Program-made: the position numbers and the translations under genes
Source of the DNA: Octopus vulgaris
Taxonomy: Eukaryota
DNA length: 64,000 nt
Reading direction: 5' to 3'
Assembly: GCA_951406725.2 (NCBI GenBank)
Contig: OX597816.1
Span: 123,256,001-123,320,000 of the forward strand
The notes under the pieces: generated by a model
Seen by the model: only the letters and a program-made list of their open reading frames with translations
Told to the model about the DNA's origin: nothing
Database searches by the model: none
Shown: in pieces, positions 1 through 14,940 of the stretch
How the letters are laid out: each line of letters opens with the position of its first letter
Position numbering within the stretch: the first letter of the stretch is position 1

Positions 1-677
1 AATTACACATTGGGAGATACGTACCACTGAGATCTATGACAATCTAACTGTTATAGCAATTGTGGTTGATCCATCACAGCTTGAAAATAATTGTGCTGTA
101 TTCATGGTGACAAAATCTGTGCTTTTATGTGCCAATCGCTGGTGATGAAATGAGAATGGAGATGTTGAGCAGCAGTATCAACATTCTGAGGTTACACCAA
201 AAACCACCTTTATACAGGGCTCACTGAGAAAGTTCTAGAAAGTTGAATCAGGCAATGGCTTGATGTTTGATTGTTCTGTTAATTGGCTGATCACATGAAA
301 CAGCTGTGGCTTAGTCGTGATGTGTGCCTGGTTAGTCAGTGATTTATGAATCCACCACAGCAGTAAAGAGCAATATCGAGGACAAAGAGAAGGCTAGGTG
401 CCAAACATATTAAGCAACAAGAGAATATGAGAGTAAGAAGTTTACCAAAGTTTTAAGATATGAAGATCAGAGGTGTATGAGTAATGTTTTTATGCAATTC
501 TGAATAAGAGAATATTAAACACTGTTGAGGAAGTATGGTAGTGCTGTTTGATGAAGAAAATTCATGAGAGAAAGAGGATCTACCCCAAGTAGATCAAAAA
601 GTGAGATTAGCTATGCAAGTTCACAGCAGGTCTATCAGGGATGACCACCAAGCTACTTAAATATCCCATGTGTAGAA

Positions 678-859
678 CATGGGCTAGTCATCTGGTTTGT
701 AATCAAGTAGCACAGGAAAGAAATTAGTTTAGGTGCAATACAGCTTGATTTTTGCACCAGTGGTTTTCTTTTTTTCCTGGTGCAAAAATCAAACTGTATT
801 GTACCTAAACTAATTCCTTTCCTGTGTTACTTGACTACAAAGCAGATGACTAGCCCATG
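678..859. repeat. Long fold-back inverted repeat (83-bp arms, 16-nt loop)
   Basis: 678-760 is the reverse complement of 777-859 with 6 mismatches, 5 of them transitions. Confidence 0.9.
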
Positions 860-1249
860 GTCATCAATTTGATACCTCTGTAACAATTTATGTCTAAGGC
901 ATCACTTTACCTTTGTAACAGCTGACTATGGTATTGCTGCACTAGTTGTAAATTCTCATGAGAGTTAATGAGGTGTGCAATTATAGACAAGCTCATATAC
1001 AAGGTTGACTTCATAGGCAGTTGGCACACAAGAGCAATAAGTACTATGAGCACAAAAAATAGACTCTCTCCAATGCTCAAGTAGCTTTCCAGAAGTAGTT
1101 CATATCTTGTTGTTATCTTAGAGATATATTTAGCAGTGTAGGTGTATGTGTTCATTGTGTACAGTGTCCAGAGTAAGAACTAATTAAAAAAGAAACATTC
1201 AGCTATAAATTCTGATGAGGCTGTAGTTGCCAAAGTTTTTTTTTTACTC

Positions 1250-1570
1250 AAGATGGAAGGCAGATTGTATGATGCTTATCTACCAAGCATGATGTAGCAT
1301 GATAGTGAGACAGAGAATTTCCAAAAACTAGAAATAAATAAATCAAGTATAGTCTGTTGGATGTATAAGACTAGTGTGCATAAATGACAAAGTACAAATG
1401 AGATGAAACAGAGATTTCACAAAAAAGAATTAGAGGTAAGCTGCAAGAGAGGGGGCTGTGTTGGTATGAATATGTGATATATATGGAGAAGAAAAGTAGT
1501 ATAAAATGAGTGTTGTGAGCTCAAAGTAATGGAATCTGCAGAGGAGGGAGACTGAGGAGGATAGATCTGA
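1250..1570 (+). mobile_element. Highly degraded RTE-type LINE 3' fragment
   Basis: Colinear similarity to 63520-63850 (agattgtatgatgc..., tgcaagagag...ctgtgttggtatg..., ggaatctgcagaggagggagact). Confidence 0.5.
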
Positions 1571-4500
1571 AATTAGATTCATTTGCTCAAACTTTAATCG
1601 TTAGCAAAAGTATTAGGGATTTCTTTATATTTTTAATATTAAAAAAACTAACTTGGAAACAGGTTAAATCTGGAGATAAAACATGCATTAATTACATAAA
1701 ATATTGTCAAAGAACTATGCAGTTGCTAGCAAGTTGTGTTGAAAATTGGAATTAAGAATATGAAATTTAGACAGTTTGATTGTTCTTTTAATAACAAGAG
1801 AATTTTTTTTGAACAAAGAAAATGGTTTTCATTTTAACTATTTGATTAAAACTGCGATTCTTTTGAATAGCATAACTATATTAATAAGACAAGAAATATT
1901 GATTATTTGTTAGTTTAGCAAAACCCCAAAAATTATAAATTGCAGTTCAATCATCATTAACCTTTTGGTTTGAGAAAAACAGTTCTGTATTACTTTGCAG
2001 AATAGTTTTTGGAGAGAGACATCATATATGGGAAAACAGAAAAAATCAGAAAATATTCTGTTACTCCTTTTGGATAACTCGGCCTTGTAGAAGCAATCAT
2101 ACATCAAGCTTTGACTAAGAACTGAAATCATTGATAGGAGAAATGTAAAGGCAAGGAATCAAACTTGCATCTTAATCATGACTCATCACCCTCTTATGAA
2201 TACTTGCTGGTACTCATTTCATCATATTTTGTTGATTATAACTAGATATAAATAATAGAAATGACTTCAATTTTCTTTTGCTGTTTCATCCCTAATATCA
2301 TAGCAACTATCATTATCATCATTGTCACCATCATTGTCAACATCCTTGTCATTCTCATCATCTTGTTCTGTTTTTCCTTTTCCTTATCATATGGATTCTT
2401 TTTTTATTTCTGCTATAATTAATTTTCCAGCTTCTAGCTTCTATCCCTACTGTAACTCTACAGTTCCCTATATTTTTATGGCTCGATGGCTTTGCCAGAG
2501 GAGGTCAAGAATGACTATCGCTATTTTATGAGCTTCTGAGCCTGGTTGTAGTAATAGATGAAGAAACCAATACTCAAGGATTATATTCAGACCATAAAAT
2601 TTATCTGTATTCATGTATTATATTGAAAACTGTAGAAGGCATCCAAGATACATGTGGCGATGTTAAACAAAGCAATGGATAAAGTCAACCACCTAAGAGA
2701 AAATGCAATCCATCTTACAGGGGCATCTATACAGCTTCCAGCAACCCAGTTTCCCTGAGAAAACTTTGACAGATCCTAAGCTGAGGTAGAAGACACTTGC
2801 CCAAGGTTTTGCACCTTCAGATTAAAACAAGTATTACATAATCATGAAGTGAACTTCAGTAACATATTGCCATATTTTATGCCATATTAATCAGTAAACA
2901 CAGTAAACACCAGATTATATTTTAAAACTGGAACCTGTGTTCTGCTTTATGTACCAAAATGTGTAAGGGAAGAATAATCAAGTACATAGATTAATTATAT
3001 TTGTCTATAAATACTCTTCTCAACATTATCCCCATTTAAAAAATTTTCCCCTCAAAGTAAATGTGTCTAGTAATAAATTGTTATGACTTTAATACTGTAC
3101 AAAAACAAATTACATATGAACATCAATTATTGTGAAACTGACCTTTCACAAAACATTTGCATTCTGGAATTTCCTCCTTGTTCAAATCTTTCCTGCATAT
3201 GATGACTTCTGAAATTTTCAAAATAAAACATTATTTACTCCAATCTCACCAATCTAGGTGGACCTCTAAATGCCATAAGCAGTGTTACTTCCTCCAGACC
3301 CAGCAGCTAAAATAATATGAATGGCAGGAGTATAGGTAGCGAAATTTAGTCAAAGAATGGTTGTAATAGTTAACAATTGAATATGATTGTTAGATAACAT
3401 TAGTCCTAAAACAAGTAAAACGGTTATCAAATGGTAGAGGTTAACAAGAAGAAATGGATTATAACAGATTTAATCAGTATGAACCTACATTTGGTTTATT
3501 TATTTATACAATCAGCAGAGGAGTAATAAGAAGAGCAGCATCCATGATCTTTGCAGACCCTCCAAGATAGGTGTAGACATTGTGGATGATATATATCTTG
3601 AACTTTTACCAGTTGATTCTAGTAAAAAATACCTGGTAAGGAACTGTGTTTCAGAAAGAAGCTACAGGGGAAAAAGAATATTAAAACAAAATAAAAGAGG
3701 TTAAATTATTGAAGCAAATCTAACAGTACACTAGAGGAAAAGCTGAACTTCATAAGTGGACTATTTGAGAAGTTATTTAAAGAAGTATTAAGCAAAGAGC
3801 GTGCCTAAGGAGAATGTGTAGGAATGATGAGAGTAAGAGAGGCAGGTGCAGCAGGAGGTTTTAGGCTGTAGTAGTACATTGTTTGCTGGTTCAGAAGATT
3901 GAACAGAAACTGTTATATTAGCAACAGGGTATGAGAGATAAAATGTACTTGAGGGTTTTGTGTTGTACAGTTATAGTTAGTGAATCTTTACTAATCATGA
4001 CTTTGATTTATATGTAGTGTAGGATGTTTTTGTATATATTTGTAGTACCTTCCCAGATATGCCAAAAGCATTCTAATGTTGATTACAATTCAGTTTACTA
4101 AAGCGTCAACAACTAATCGGAACTAAAGTATTTCCAGGTTATGAAGGGGAAGCTTGTATTGTTGATCGAGTTTTCAATATGTTATAGATAATAAACAATA
4201 AAAAATGAATTTATAGAAATAAAGCATTACTTGACATGATGCTCATGTTGAACATATTCTTAGAAATCATGAACTTCACTGTGCAAATGGAACTGAATGG
4301 AATTATTTGAATGAAACTTATTTTTTTAAAATCAAAACTTTGAACCAACATAAAAAGTGTTGTATCACCATTGATATTACAATCAATTAATTATTCAATA
4401 AGGTATAATTTTGTTCACTCTATCTTATATTAAATATATATATATATATATATATAGTTAAACATTTAGAATTTGAGATGCATAATATAGCAAATCTTTC

Positions 4501-5388
4501 CATTATTTCTCAAACTCTTCATACAAGTTTGTTAAGAATTTTGGAATATTGTTTATGAGACAAGAGAAATTTTGGAAAACTGGACATAGTTTTAGCACAG
4601 TTCACGAACAATTTCTGACAGGAAATATGACAAGAATGTTTGTGCTGTGAGGATTATGTCCATAGGGCTGAATTTTAAATCATTTTTTAAATGAATTTAA
4701 AATCAGAATGGTTAAAGCTTGAAAAGACTAAACATTCAGAGAAGGTAGAAATAATGAGGAAAACAATCTTAGAAGATATTTGTTTATGGTTTTAATAAGT
4801 GTTAACTTTTGTTAATTCACTGCACTGTGCCCCTGGGAAAAATACATAACTCTTCTTATCTGAATTTTCATAAGAGAAGTTTATAGGAAAGTATCAAAAT
4901 TCATTTAGTATGTAAAGTGTAGAATCTAATATCTTGAGCTTTGTTTTTCATCAGGAAGCGACAAAAATAGAAATGGTGTTCCTACTTCTTCATTTACAGT
5001 TGGATGATTAGAGGTAATTAACCGTAAAAATAATTATTCTAAGGTTCAAGAGAGCATCTCACTCTGTCTATTGTGAAAACGTGAATGTAAAACAATGGTT
5101 CTCAAAATGTATGCCTCAGTAAATTGGTTCACTACAAAGGATACTTAGATGCACTGTAAGTGGTGTCCATGTACACAGATAACTTTTAAAATTATAATTT
5201 AATGCTTTAGGGAATCCATAATGTTTCTGGAGCATCTTCAACTTACTTTTCTAAGTTTGTAATGCACCAATGTAATTAATAAAAGAAAGTAAGCAATAGT
5301 TTTCTAAATGCTTTAGTTTTTGTGTCAAATTTTCCTTTGGGAAGACACTAGTAATTGTTTAATTTTAGCACCAGTATGCTAAAATCAA

Positions 5389-5762
5389 TAATAAGAAGAG
5401 CATTCACTGAGTGCAAACCTCCACCAAGGCAACACTAACGTCCTCTCAATGATTAGTCAGAGATGATTTTTAAAATGAGAATATCTGAAATAAACTCGAC
5501 TGCTCTCACAAACGGGAATATTAAAAATGAACCCAATCGCTCTCACAAATTAAATGCAAAAACAGGAAAAATAATCCAGAATCCTTGTCTGGTATCAAAT
5601 CGGTCCCGAAATCTAATCAGTTCATGCCAGTCATGAGGCCAAACATCTCTAAAAGTTTCATCCAAATCTATCCTGTGTTTTTTGAGATATCTTATCCAAG
5701 GACAAACAAACAAACAAACATGACTGAAAACAATACCCCTGCCTTCGCTAAGGCTGTGGTAA
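5389..5762. mobile_element. Non-autonomous element, HINE/DINE-1 (Helentron-associated)-like
   Basis: Imperfect subterminal inverted motif (cctccaccaagg / ctaaggctgtgg), internal (CAAA)n, and an end-motif arrangement typical of this class. Confidence 0.45.
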
Positions 5763-6679
5763 TAATAACTATTGATGTAATAAGTAGAAACATAAATTAC
5801 GTTTTTAGCATGATTAGTTCCTTTGAAATAATAAAATCTTATAACTTTTTCCCAAACATCTTCCAGAGTCAGTGGTAGATTAAATTTTGCCTTTATTCTT
5901 TTTGATCTGGTGGAAAATGATGTACTCCTGATGTATGCATATCTCATAAGGTGGGATGAAGTTGATGCAGTTTAATGTTTCTTGTAAATTGTTGCAAGTT
6001 GATAGCTACAGGAAAAACAAGGGTTGGGAAGAAATTCCAAAGAGTCAAGATTCTAGGAAGGAAAAACTGATGTAGTTCTTTGTGCATGACTTGAAACAGT
6101 AGGCATAATGCGGTTGATGAGAAAATGAGTGAGGTGAAAATGCTTCAGAGTGAAGTTGGCTTGACACCAGCTAAATTTGAGATGCAGAGTCTATTGTTGC
6201 AGCAGGAAGCTGGCAGTGGGGGAAAGAGCATATATTTGACATAGAGGTTAAAGTATGTTGGCAAGTGATTTCACACCAATTAGCCAGGTTGATTTTGAAT
6301 GAGGCGCTATCAAGAATTCTTGTATGTGTTGCAGCAACATCATTCTAGATGTGAGAGCAGTACTCAATCATGAATGATTATGGAAAAATCTTATTTTCCA
6401 ATTTTACAATTATGTAGAATTACTTTTGTTTGTCAAATTAATACATAAAAGTTATAAAGTTCAACTATAACCTTTTTTTTTTTTTTTTTCAGATATTTCA
6501 ATTTAGTTAATTGTTTATAGCAATGTGATTTTGTTATTCCTTTCTGAAGAGTGAAAACAAATGTGCTTCAAAGGTTATAAACAATCAAACAGCATATGAT
6601 TTATTCAATTGTTTTTACCTTAATTGGAAACCAAATAAATCCAGCAAATAGCTATTGTAAAATAAATAACAAAATAATA

Positions 6680-7088
<409 letters not shown>

Positions 7089-8516
7089 CTGGAAGTATAT
7101 AACTGAAATAAAAGTTTAGAAGCCCTTAAACTATTTCAGTAAAAGCATTTATCAAACAATATGAAATTCATTTTATAAATAACATCAAGGCTATTCCTGT
7201 CATTAGAAATCTGAAATTACAGCTTTTCCTTTAGAGCAAAATTAATACATTATAGAACTTGGAAAGTGGGTATACCATAAATTGATTAAAGAGTATTGTG
7301 AATTTGTGAATTTCCTCTCAACATTAATACTTGAGGAAAAGTATTCAAATAAATGAAAACAATTATTACTTTTGCAAGTTACTTTATGAATTTTGTATCT
7401 TGAGATGCAGTACGCTGTGATGATCTATTGTAACCATGGGTTGACTAAATTTAAGGGAAATGAGAAAGTAACTGAATTAGACATACTTAAGAAAGAAAAT
7501 TGAAGACCTTACTGCTTAAAGTGCCTAAGTCACATTGATTTTTGTATAACTTAAGTACTTTTAGAACAATTGTCTTCAATTGCTCAGATGATATCAGAAC
7601 TAATGTTAGAATTAATGGAAGTTGTTGAACTACTTTACATTATGGGAAATTAATTTACAAATTCAATCTGACAACAAGGTCAACATCTCATTAATACTAT
7701 AAAAGATGGCATTCTTACAAACATCTTACACAGAAAAAAACAAACAAAAAACAAAACAAAAAGGAGCTGTAATTTCAGAGAAAGCTTTAAGGTTCAGTTT
7801 GCTCCCAAATCACTAAAGAACCAATTATGACTAAGAAATTTGTAACTTTAGATATAAACAATCACCTCATGATCATCGTTATCATCATCATTATCATCAT
7901 GACCATTGTCCTCATCATTGTTGTCGTTGTTGTTGTCGTCATTGTTGTTTTCATTGTCATCATCATCGTCATCATTTCCTCAATGCAAATAAGATGAGTA
8001 CAAGTTCAAGTTATTCTCGTGATTCAAGAAAATAAATATGTGGTGACCTATCATACTTGATATTCTTAAAACTGTATCATAAGGATCAAGGTTTTTCTCT
8101 TTTCTGTGACTGCATGAGTTAAAAGGAATTCCTTAAAGCAGATTTTCTGCAGCCAGCCCTCACCTGTTTCCAAACAAGGTAATATATTTCTGTGGTCAGA
8201 CACCTTTGGCAGAAAATTGGAAAGGAAGGATACCAACTCCTCTTTTGTGAGGACACTAGTTTACAATTGTCCTGTGACTTCACGACAAAGAAACACAAGC
8301 ACTCACATACATGTATGCATACATTCACACACATATATATGTACATATGTATACAATAGTTTTCTTACAGTTTCCATCTAGAAAATTCACTTCCATAGCT
8401 TTGATTATCCTGGGGCTATAGTAGAAGATACTTACAAAGGTTTCCTGAAGAGGAACTGCACACCAAACTATGTGACTGTAAGGTAAAATTCTTAAGTCAA
8501 CAGTCATACCAATACA

Positions 8517-9058
8517 TCTATTATATAAAATCCTTTCTGTCTGTCTGTGTGTGTGTCTTCTAGGATCTCGGGCATCCTCCATCTCGGGCATCCAATTGCA
8601 CTCAAATTTGATATGTAGATACTGACGGTATCAGGGCGTGAAAAACCGATTCCAGGTGAGAATGCGATCGGTAAAGCTGTGGGAACGTGCATTTGTACAT
8701 GCAAGTACATCAGCTGTTGCAATTGATACTACGTGTACGAGAGAAAAATGCACGTGCAGTTTGCACAAAAAAAGCCGCCTGGCTTGAAATAATGCCACAA
8801 AATGCAGTATATTTAAGAGACCAAAAAAGTAAGATGCAAAAAAGATATTTTCTTCAAACTTGGCATGAAGGAAGGAAAGACTATTTGGTTTCTCAAGAAG
8901 TTGCTTTTTTTTTTGCTTTAACTTCGTTTAACAAAACCAAAAATTTTATTGAAATAAAAGCATGCTTAATTATTTTTTAATGAAAAGAAAACACTGATTG
9001 CTTTTTATTCAGCAGATATGATTTAGCACTGTCCATTGGATGGGGGGCGTTTTGCTCG
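8517..9058 (+). mobile_element. Non-autonomous Helitron-like element
   Basis: 5' TCTATTATATAAAA plus (GTCT)n(GT)n, 3' ...ggggcgttttgCTCG|T. Related copy in the opposite orientation at 54258-54802. Confidence 0.65.
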
Positions 9059-10063
9059 TACATATATATATATATATATATATATTCTTGTGTAAAATTT
9101 GTTTTCTATATGTTAGTCAATAAGGATCCATGATATAAAGCAAATGCACCTAAATTAGTAGGACTGATGCAGTTGATAGTCAGCTAAGACATTTGAAAGT
9201 TATTGTCTGTAAGAAGAATGTGTGGCAGAGGTAGCGGGTGTAATTCTCCAAGATTTCTTTTCTGGAAGGAAGGATTTGGTGCCATGTCTAGTGTAATAAT
9301 GCAGAGATGGGATATGACATATAGGTAAAAAAGAGACAGGGGAGATGACTGAACAGGGTAAAAAAAGTAGTGATGTAAGTAGCTAGTTTAGAGAAATGGA
9401 CCTCATTGTATTAGCAGTAAAAACAAAGTGAAAAAACAGTGTATTGTAAGCTTGTAGTTGAAGCATGTTGGGGATTCATTGCTAATCAGATGATTGGATT
9501 TCCTTTGGATTTTGTCTTAGATATAAATGCATGAAGTACCATGTAAAAGGTATGGACCATGCTCCAGTGTAGGCTCTATTTGAGCTTTAAAGAAGGTTAG
9601 TAATTAACAGAACTAAAGTATATTTTCTAAAGAGAATATCCTGATCTTTGGGATAGTTTAAGAAATATTAAGCATATACACAGTTTTATCAAGATCATTT
9701 CATGTTTGCAATATATTCTTGGACTAGACTTTGTATTGCAAATTATGCCATTTTTGTTGACAATCCTTTTATATATTTCCTTCTCACCCATTATCATTTG
9801 TACTGACAGAAGAAAACAATTTTTCTAAAACGAAATTTTAGATGAGGTAATTTTATTTACAAATTTTCAGATTTGGGCCCATTTTTACTAGTCAATCCCC
9901 TTTTACTCAGTCAGAAATGACACTACATCTCAATGTTTTTTTCTACATGCTGGCTTTGGAGTTTATGCAATAGAAATTAAACATACTAATGGGCATCTTA
10001 CTTGAGCTGGGATGTAAATGTGCAGTGTCCCTCTAAGAACATGATGTTACAGACAACTCAGTA

Positions 10064-10536
10064 CAGGTTGTCATCAACTTACAACCTAGCTGATTTACGA
10101 CCAATCGACCTTACGACAATTGGCGTGCCAACTTCTGGCAGCAATAATATATAGTCCAGTTGAAATCTAATGGGGTTAATCTCTTAGAAATCAACCCATT
10201 TACGGATGATGCCAGCTAACAAACATTTACCCTAGATTTAGTTTTCAATTGCCACTATGTTTATCCCAAGTGTTTGATGAATATCCTGTTGTGGAGACAT
10301 CAAGGCAACCTCGTATTTGTTTATAAGACGACTGCTTGAGATGCCAAAATTTTTGACTAACATCAGTATAATAGTATAATACAGAGAATGTAGTGTGTGC
10401 CTTTTACCTGAAAATGTACCTTAAGAATGTAAGAATATAAAATAAAGCTATATAAGCCTATAGGTTGACTTGTGACCAAATTGACTTATGACCAGTCAGT
10501 TGGAACCAATTGTAGTCGTAAGTTGACAATGACCTG
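10064..10536. mobile_element. Tc1/mariner superfamily (pogo/Tigger-like) MITE
   Basis: TA|CAGGTTGTCATCAACTTACAAC ... GTCGTAAGTTGACAATGACCTG|TA imperfect TIRs with TA duplication. Confidence 0.8.
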
Positions 10537-10885
10537 TAATCTTAAAAACCATAATAATACATGCTAAAATGTTTTAAGGTTCTCAAATTAGAGGATGGTT
10601 TTTATTTTATAATTAAAAAATATCCATGTCTTAAGTATTTAAGATTTTTTGCAATAAGATACTTTTCAACTAATTGGTCATTAAGAATGTTGTTTCATTT
10701 GTTCACATTTAACGCACTAACAGTATATACAACACAGTTCCATAGTAGTGTGGATTCACCATTTTCTAGTGTTCCTTGTAGTTAGTACTTCGTTTATCTT
10801 TCTTTTTCCAGCCAACATTGTAGAACACTTTTTGTACCAACTGTTATGTTATACAAGTAGCTCTTAGTAAATCAACAATGCTTAA

Positions 10886-11101
10886 CCCTTTCATTACTGT
10901 ATTTTGAGATGCTCTGTGTTTCTTTCAATCATTTTAAATATAACAAAAAATTTTGTAAAATAACTTAGTTATCATTAAGCTAGTGTTTGGAACATAAATT
11001 GTGACTAAGACTTGGTGGAAGATTTTAATTCAAAGCTTATGAAAACAAGACATTTTACCACAGAGCCAGAGCTGGTTTTTGCCAGGTTAGTAACAAAAGG
11101 G
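10886..11101. mobile_element. piggyBac-type MITE
   Basis: TTAA|CCCTTTCATTACT ... AGTAACAAAAGGG|TTAA. Confidence 0.8.
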
Positions 11102-11525
11102 TTAAGCAGCTCTTAATGGATTTTCAATAACCACTTTTAAAAGTGAATCCCAAAGTTGAGGATACAATTCTTGTTAGTTTGGTTTTTGACCAGAGCATAC
11201 AACAAGCATTCTTGGACTCTAGTTTTGATTTCATATTATTTGAATCCTAGCTAAGTAGTGATGATGTATAAGTTTATTTATACAGTCTGTTTACAGTATA
11301 TTATTTCCAGTTTTACCTAAAGGTTTTCATCTTTAGCTTTGTCTGTTTAGTGTCAGTGTATGTGTGTGTGTGTGTCCAGATTACAAATAGGCAAGTGAGT
11401 TATGTACAAGTGACCTCTACTGTTTCTGGACCAACAACTGTGAATACAGTTCTATATTTAAGAGATGAGGAATTATGTACATTATTTACATTTGATGGAT
11501 ATTTGTCCTCATCTTGTTTGTTGTT

Positions 11526-11571
11526 AACACAACGTTTTGGCTGATATACCTTCCAGCCTTCATCAGATGTC
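11526..11571 (-). ncRNA. Minimal type I hammerhead ribozyme motif (GAAA decayed to AAAA)
   Basis: Minus strand: gacat CTGATGA a ggctg-gaaggtatat-cagcc AAAA cg TT gtgtt. Stems I and II pair; stem III is the palindrome AACGTT. Confidence 0.7.
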
Positions 11572-11629
11572 TTGGGGAAATTTCAAACCTGGGTTCTCAT
11601 TCCTAAGTTATTTTTCAATGTTGTTATTA

Positions 11630-11747
<118 letters not shown>

Positions 11748-11827
11748 TATGATTATAACTATTATTATTATTATTATTGTTATTATTATTATTATTATTA
11801 TTATAACTATTTTTATTTTTATTATTA

Positions 11828-11882
<55 letters not shown>

Positions 11883-11886
11883 GCCC

Positions 11887-11963
11887 GTGGACATATGGTG
11901 TAGTGGTTAAGAGCACGGGCTGCTAACCCTGAGATTCTGAGTTCGATTCCAGGCAGTGACCTG
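11887..11963 (+). pseudogene. tRNA-Ser(GCT)-like Pol III head (SINE-type)
   Basis: A box TGGTGTAGTGG 11896-11906, anticodon-like loop CT-GCT-AA, B box GTTCGATTCC 11941-11950. No proper acceptor stem. Confidence 0.7.
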
Positions 11964-11978
11964 AATAATAATGATAAA

Positions 11979-12022
<44 letters not shown>

Positions 12023-12381
12023 CAACAACATTGAAAAATACCTTAGGAATGAGAACTCAGGTTTGAAATTTCCCCAAGACACCTGTTGAAGGCTGGAGGG
12101 TATATCTATATGAGGACAAATATCCGTCACATGTAAATAATGAACTGTGAATACATCACACCTGGCTAACATCATTCAAATGAAAACCCCTTGCTGTAGA
12201 AATTGACGCATTTTTTTAACAATATAAAAAAAATCAATTATGAGATCATCCATTTTTTTCATGTAGTGAGGAAAAGATATTAAAATTAATTTCTTTCAAA
12301 AGTGTCATTATAAGTATAAATGATTCAAGGTATTCAATATTTAATAAATCCCATTCATTCGATGTCTATCATTTGTCCTCT

Positions 12382-12740
12382 ATCTTTTACTTGTTTCAGT
12401 CATTTAGACTGTGGCCATGCTGGAGTACCACCTTGAAAAACTTTAGTCACAAACATTTACCCCAGAACTTACTGTCAAGTTATGGGGATGCAGAATCACC
12501 AACACTGTTCATCAAGCAGTGATTAGACACACACATACACACACACACACACACACATGCACACATGCACGCATGCACACACACACACAACTGGCTTTTT
12601 AGTTTCTGTCTACCAAATCCACTCACAAGGCTTTGGTTGGCCCAAAACTATAGTAGAAGACATTTGCACAAGTTGCCATACAGTGGAACTGAACCCAGAA
12701 CTACATGGTTAGGAAGCAAACTTCTTACAACACAGCCACT
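12382..12740 (-). mobile_element. tRNA-derived SINE with internal (CA)n
   Basis: Reverse complement of the family at 55153-55482 (gtggctgtgtggtaag...ggttcagtcccactg...actgaaacaagtaaaaga). Confidence 0.8.
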
Positions 12741-14627
12741 CAGAAATATTTTCTGCATGTTGTACATCTTCAATGTAGAGTAATGGAATAGGTTATGTTG
12801 TCTAATATTCCATTATGCTTTGCTGAAAACATACAAACACCCTGGGCCAGACTTGCACATAAATGTGTAACTTCTAGAAAACATTAAATGTTAAATGTAT
12901 TACTAATACAACATCTTGAGTCATTTACTTTTAATACTTTTATGAGAAAAAATAAAACTAAATTATTTTGATACTTTCCTCCCTTCTACACACACACACA
13001 CACACACACACAAATGGACGAATGAATTATTAAACTGCTTATATGGAGAAATATAAAAGTATTGGGTTATTTTCCCTTTATTTTGTTTTTCAATTGATTT
13101 CTAGTTGTGCTCTCCAAACCTTCCCACCTTATTTGCTTATGACTTCTCCATTCCAACCCTCTAACTGATATATATCAGTCTTATAAAAAAAACTGATAAT
13201 TTTATTTCCTTGGTTTTTATGCATTTATGTAATAGAATTATGCAACTATTTTATTCTATATTTATTTATATATTCCTATATCAGTAATCTCATAATAATA
13301 ATCTAATTTACTAACCTGCTAAATACAATAGTTAACATACTTATTTTCCTGTCTAATGTGTTAAACTTATTTGTGAAAATGTTTACAGTTTATTACATTA
13401 ACTCTTTAGCTTTATCCTGGGGATGTATCAATATCTATTATCCTGACTATGATTTAATCAAATTGCTCTGAAGAACTTAAAAATTAATTTACACTTTTAA
13501 TACTCCAGATTATCATGATTATCTACACATGGATATTTTAAGTTAATCAAGATGTTCAAGAAAACTTCTGGCTGCATGTTTAGGGTGTTTGGCTCATGCC
13601 CATAAGGAAATGGGTTTAATTCCTGGATCAAGCAGCATATTGTGCTCTTGAGTAAAGCACTTCATTCCATATCGGTTCAATCTACTGAGCTGAAATTAGT
13701 ACCAATCAAGGTGCTTTTGTTGTTGTTAAGAAACAAGATGGTTAAGGGGGATTAGGTGATGGTCTAGGGCTTAGGGGCAGGAGACCCCAGACCTTGGAAA
13801 AAAAAAACAACAACTTTTGGTCGTCTTGTTGTAGTCGAGGGCTCATTGTTGACGCCTGACACCACTAGGAGGTAGCCCTCAAAGTCACTGGAAATGGAGA
13901 TCTCCAGGTCCAAATTCTTGAACAGCACCAAGGTGCTAGTGCAGCTTTGCCTCCCTCCAGCTATCACATCCTGGATCTTTTATTGTATCAAGAGTGAGAG
14001 GCACTGAGAGTGTGTCTGCTTGTAACAACTTGGATATCAAAAACAAATAGTGGAAGTATGATATATGCTACTTAGCCATGCTTGCTTCTAAGTATGGCTT
14101 GGTCGGCAGCTGGCTGTACTGTGCTGTGCAGTTTAAAGCTGACAGTGATGATTATTCTACTTAGAATTCTGTCACTGATAATGTGGATAATGATAATAGT
14201 AATAATGTTGATGACTGAAATATCTGTAATCTTCATACTTTATATGCAAAAAAAAAAGTTAGGAAGATTAAGTTGGAAAGTTGCATCAAAACTCTATCAT
14301 TAAAACAAAAAGACATGAATCTTATTTTGAAAGGATGTTAATTATGTAGGAGAACAGCTGGACAAAATAAATAATAAAATGTGCCACAAAAAAAACATTC
14401 TTCTTCAGATTTTAACCCTTTTGATTCCAACCTGTGACCACCCCTTCATGGCTCCAACACAGCTGCAGTCCAATATCTCAAACAAATAAAGATTACATTG
14501 ATTAAATTGGTGAATTTTAACTAGGAGAACACTAAAAATGTTTAAATGAAAAATTGGTCTATGTATGATATGTCTAACCGCCCAAGTTTGAATCCTGGTC
14601 ACAGCAGATCAGCTAATATATTTTGTG

Positions 14628-14940
14628 AGGGTGCATAGCTCAGTGGTTAGAGCATCAGGCTCACAATCATGCGGTTGTGAGTTCAGTTCCTGAACTGGAT
14701 CTACGTGCTGTGTTCTTGAGCAAGACACTTTATTTTACATTACTCCAGTTCACTCAGCTATAGAATTATGTTGTGATGGCCTTTGCCTTTCTCTTGGGAT
14801 AACATCAGTGGTATGGAGCGGTGAAGGTGGTATGATGGGTGACTGCTGGTCTTCCATAAATAGCCTTGTCTGGACTTGTGCTTCAGAAGGGAACTTTCTA
14901 GGTGCAATCCTATGGTCATTCATTGAAGGGGTCTTTACCA
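14628..14940 (+). mobile_element. tRNA-derived SINE
   Basis: A box TAGCTCAGTGG, B-box-like GAGTTCAGTTCC, conserved body gtgttcttgagcaagacactttatttt...ctccagttcactcagct. Relatives at 13570-13710 and 38808-39115. Confidence 0.8.

Noticed and set aside
2431-2531. Possible exon after ttttccAG
   Set aside because: No convincing donor and no recognisable protein similarity in any frame.
4094-4187. Possible extracellular-domain exon (LLKRQQLIGTKVFPGYEGEACIVDR)
   Set aside because: Weak acceptor, no good donor before the stop, and only vague similarity to guanylyl cyclases.
11887-11963. Functional tRNA-Ser gene
   Set aside because: No acceptor-stem pairing or long variable arm, and it is embedded in a TSD-flanked repeat.
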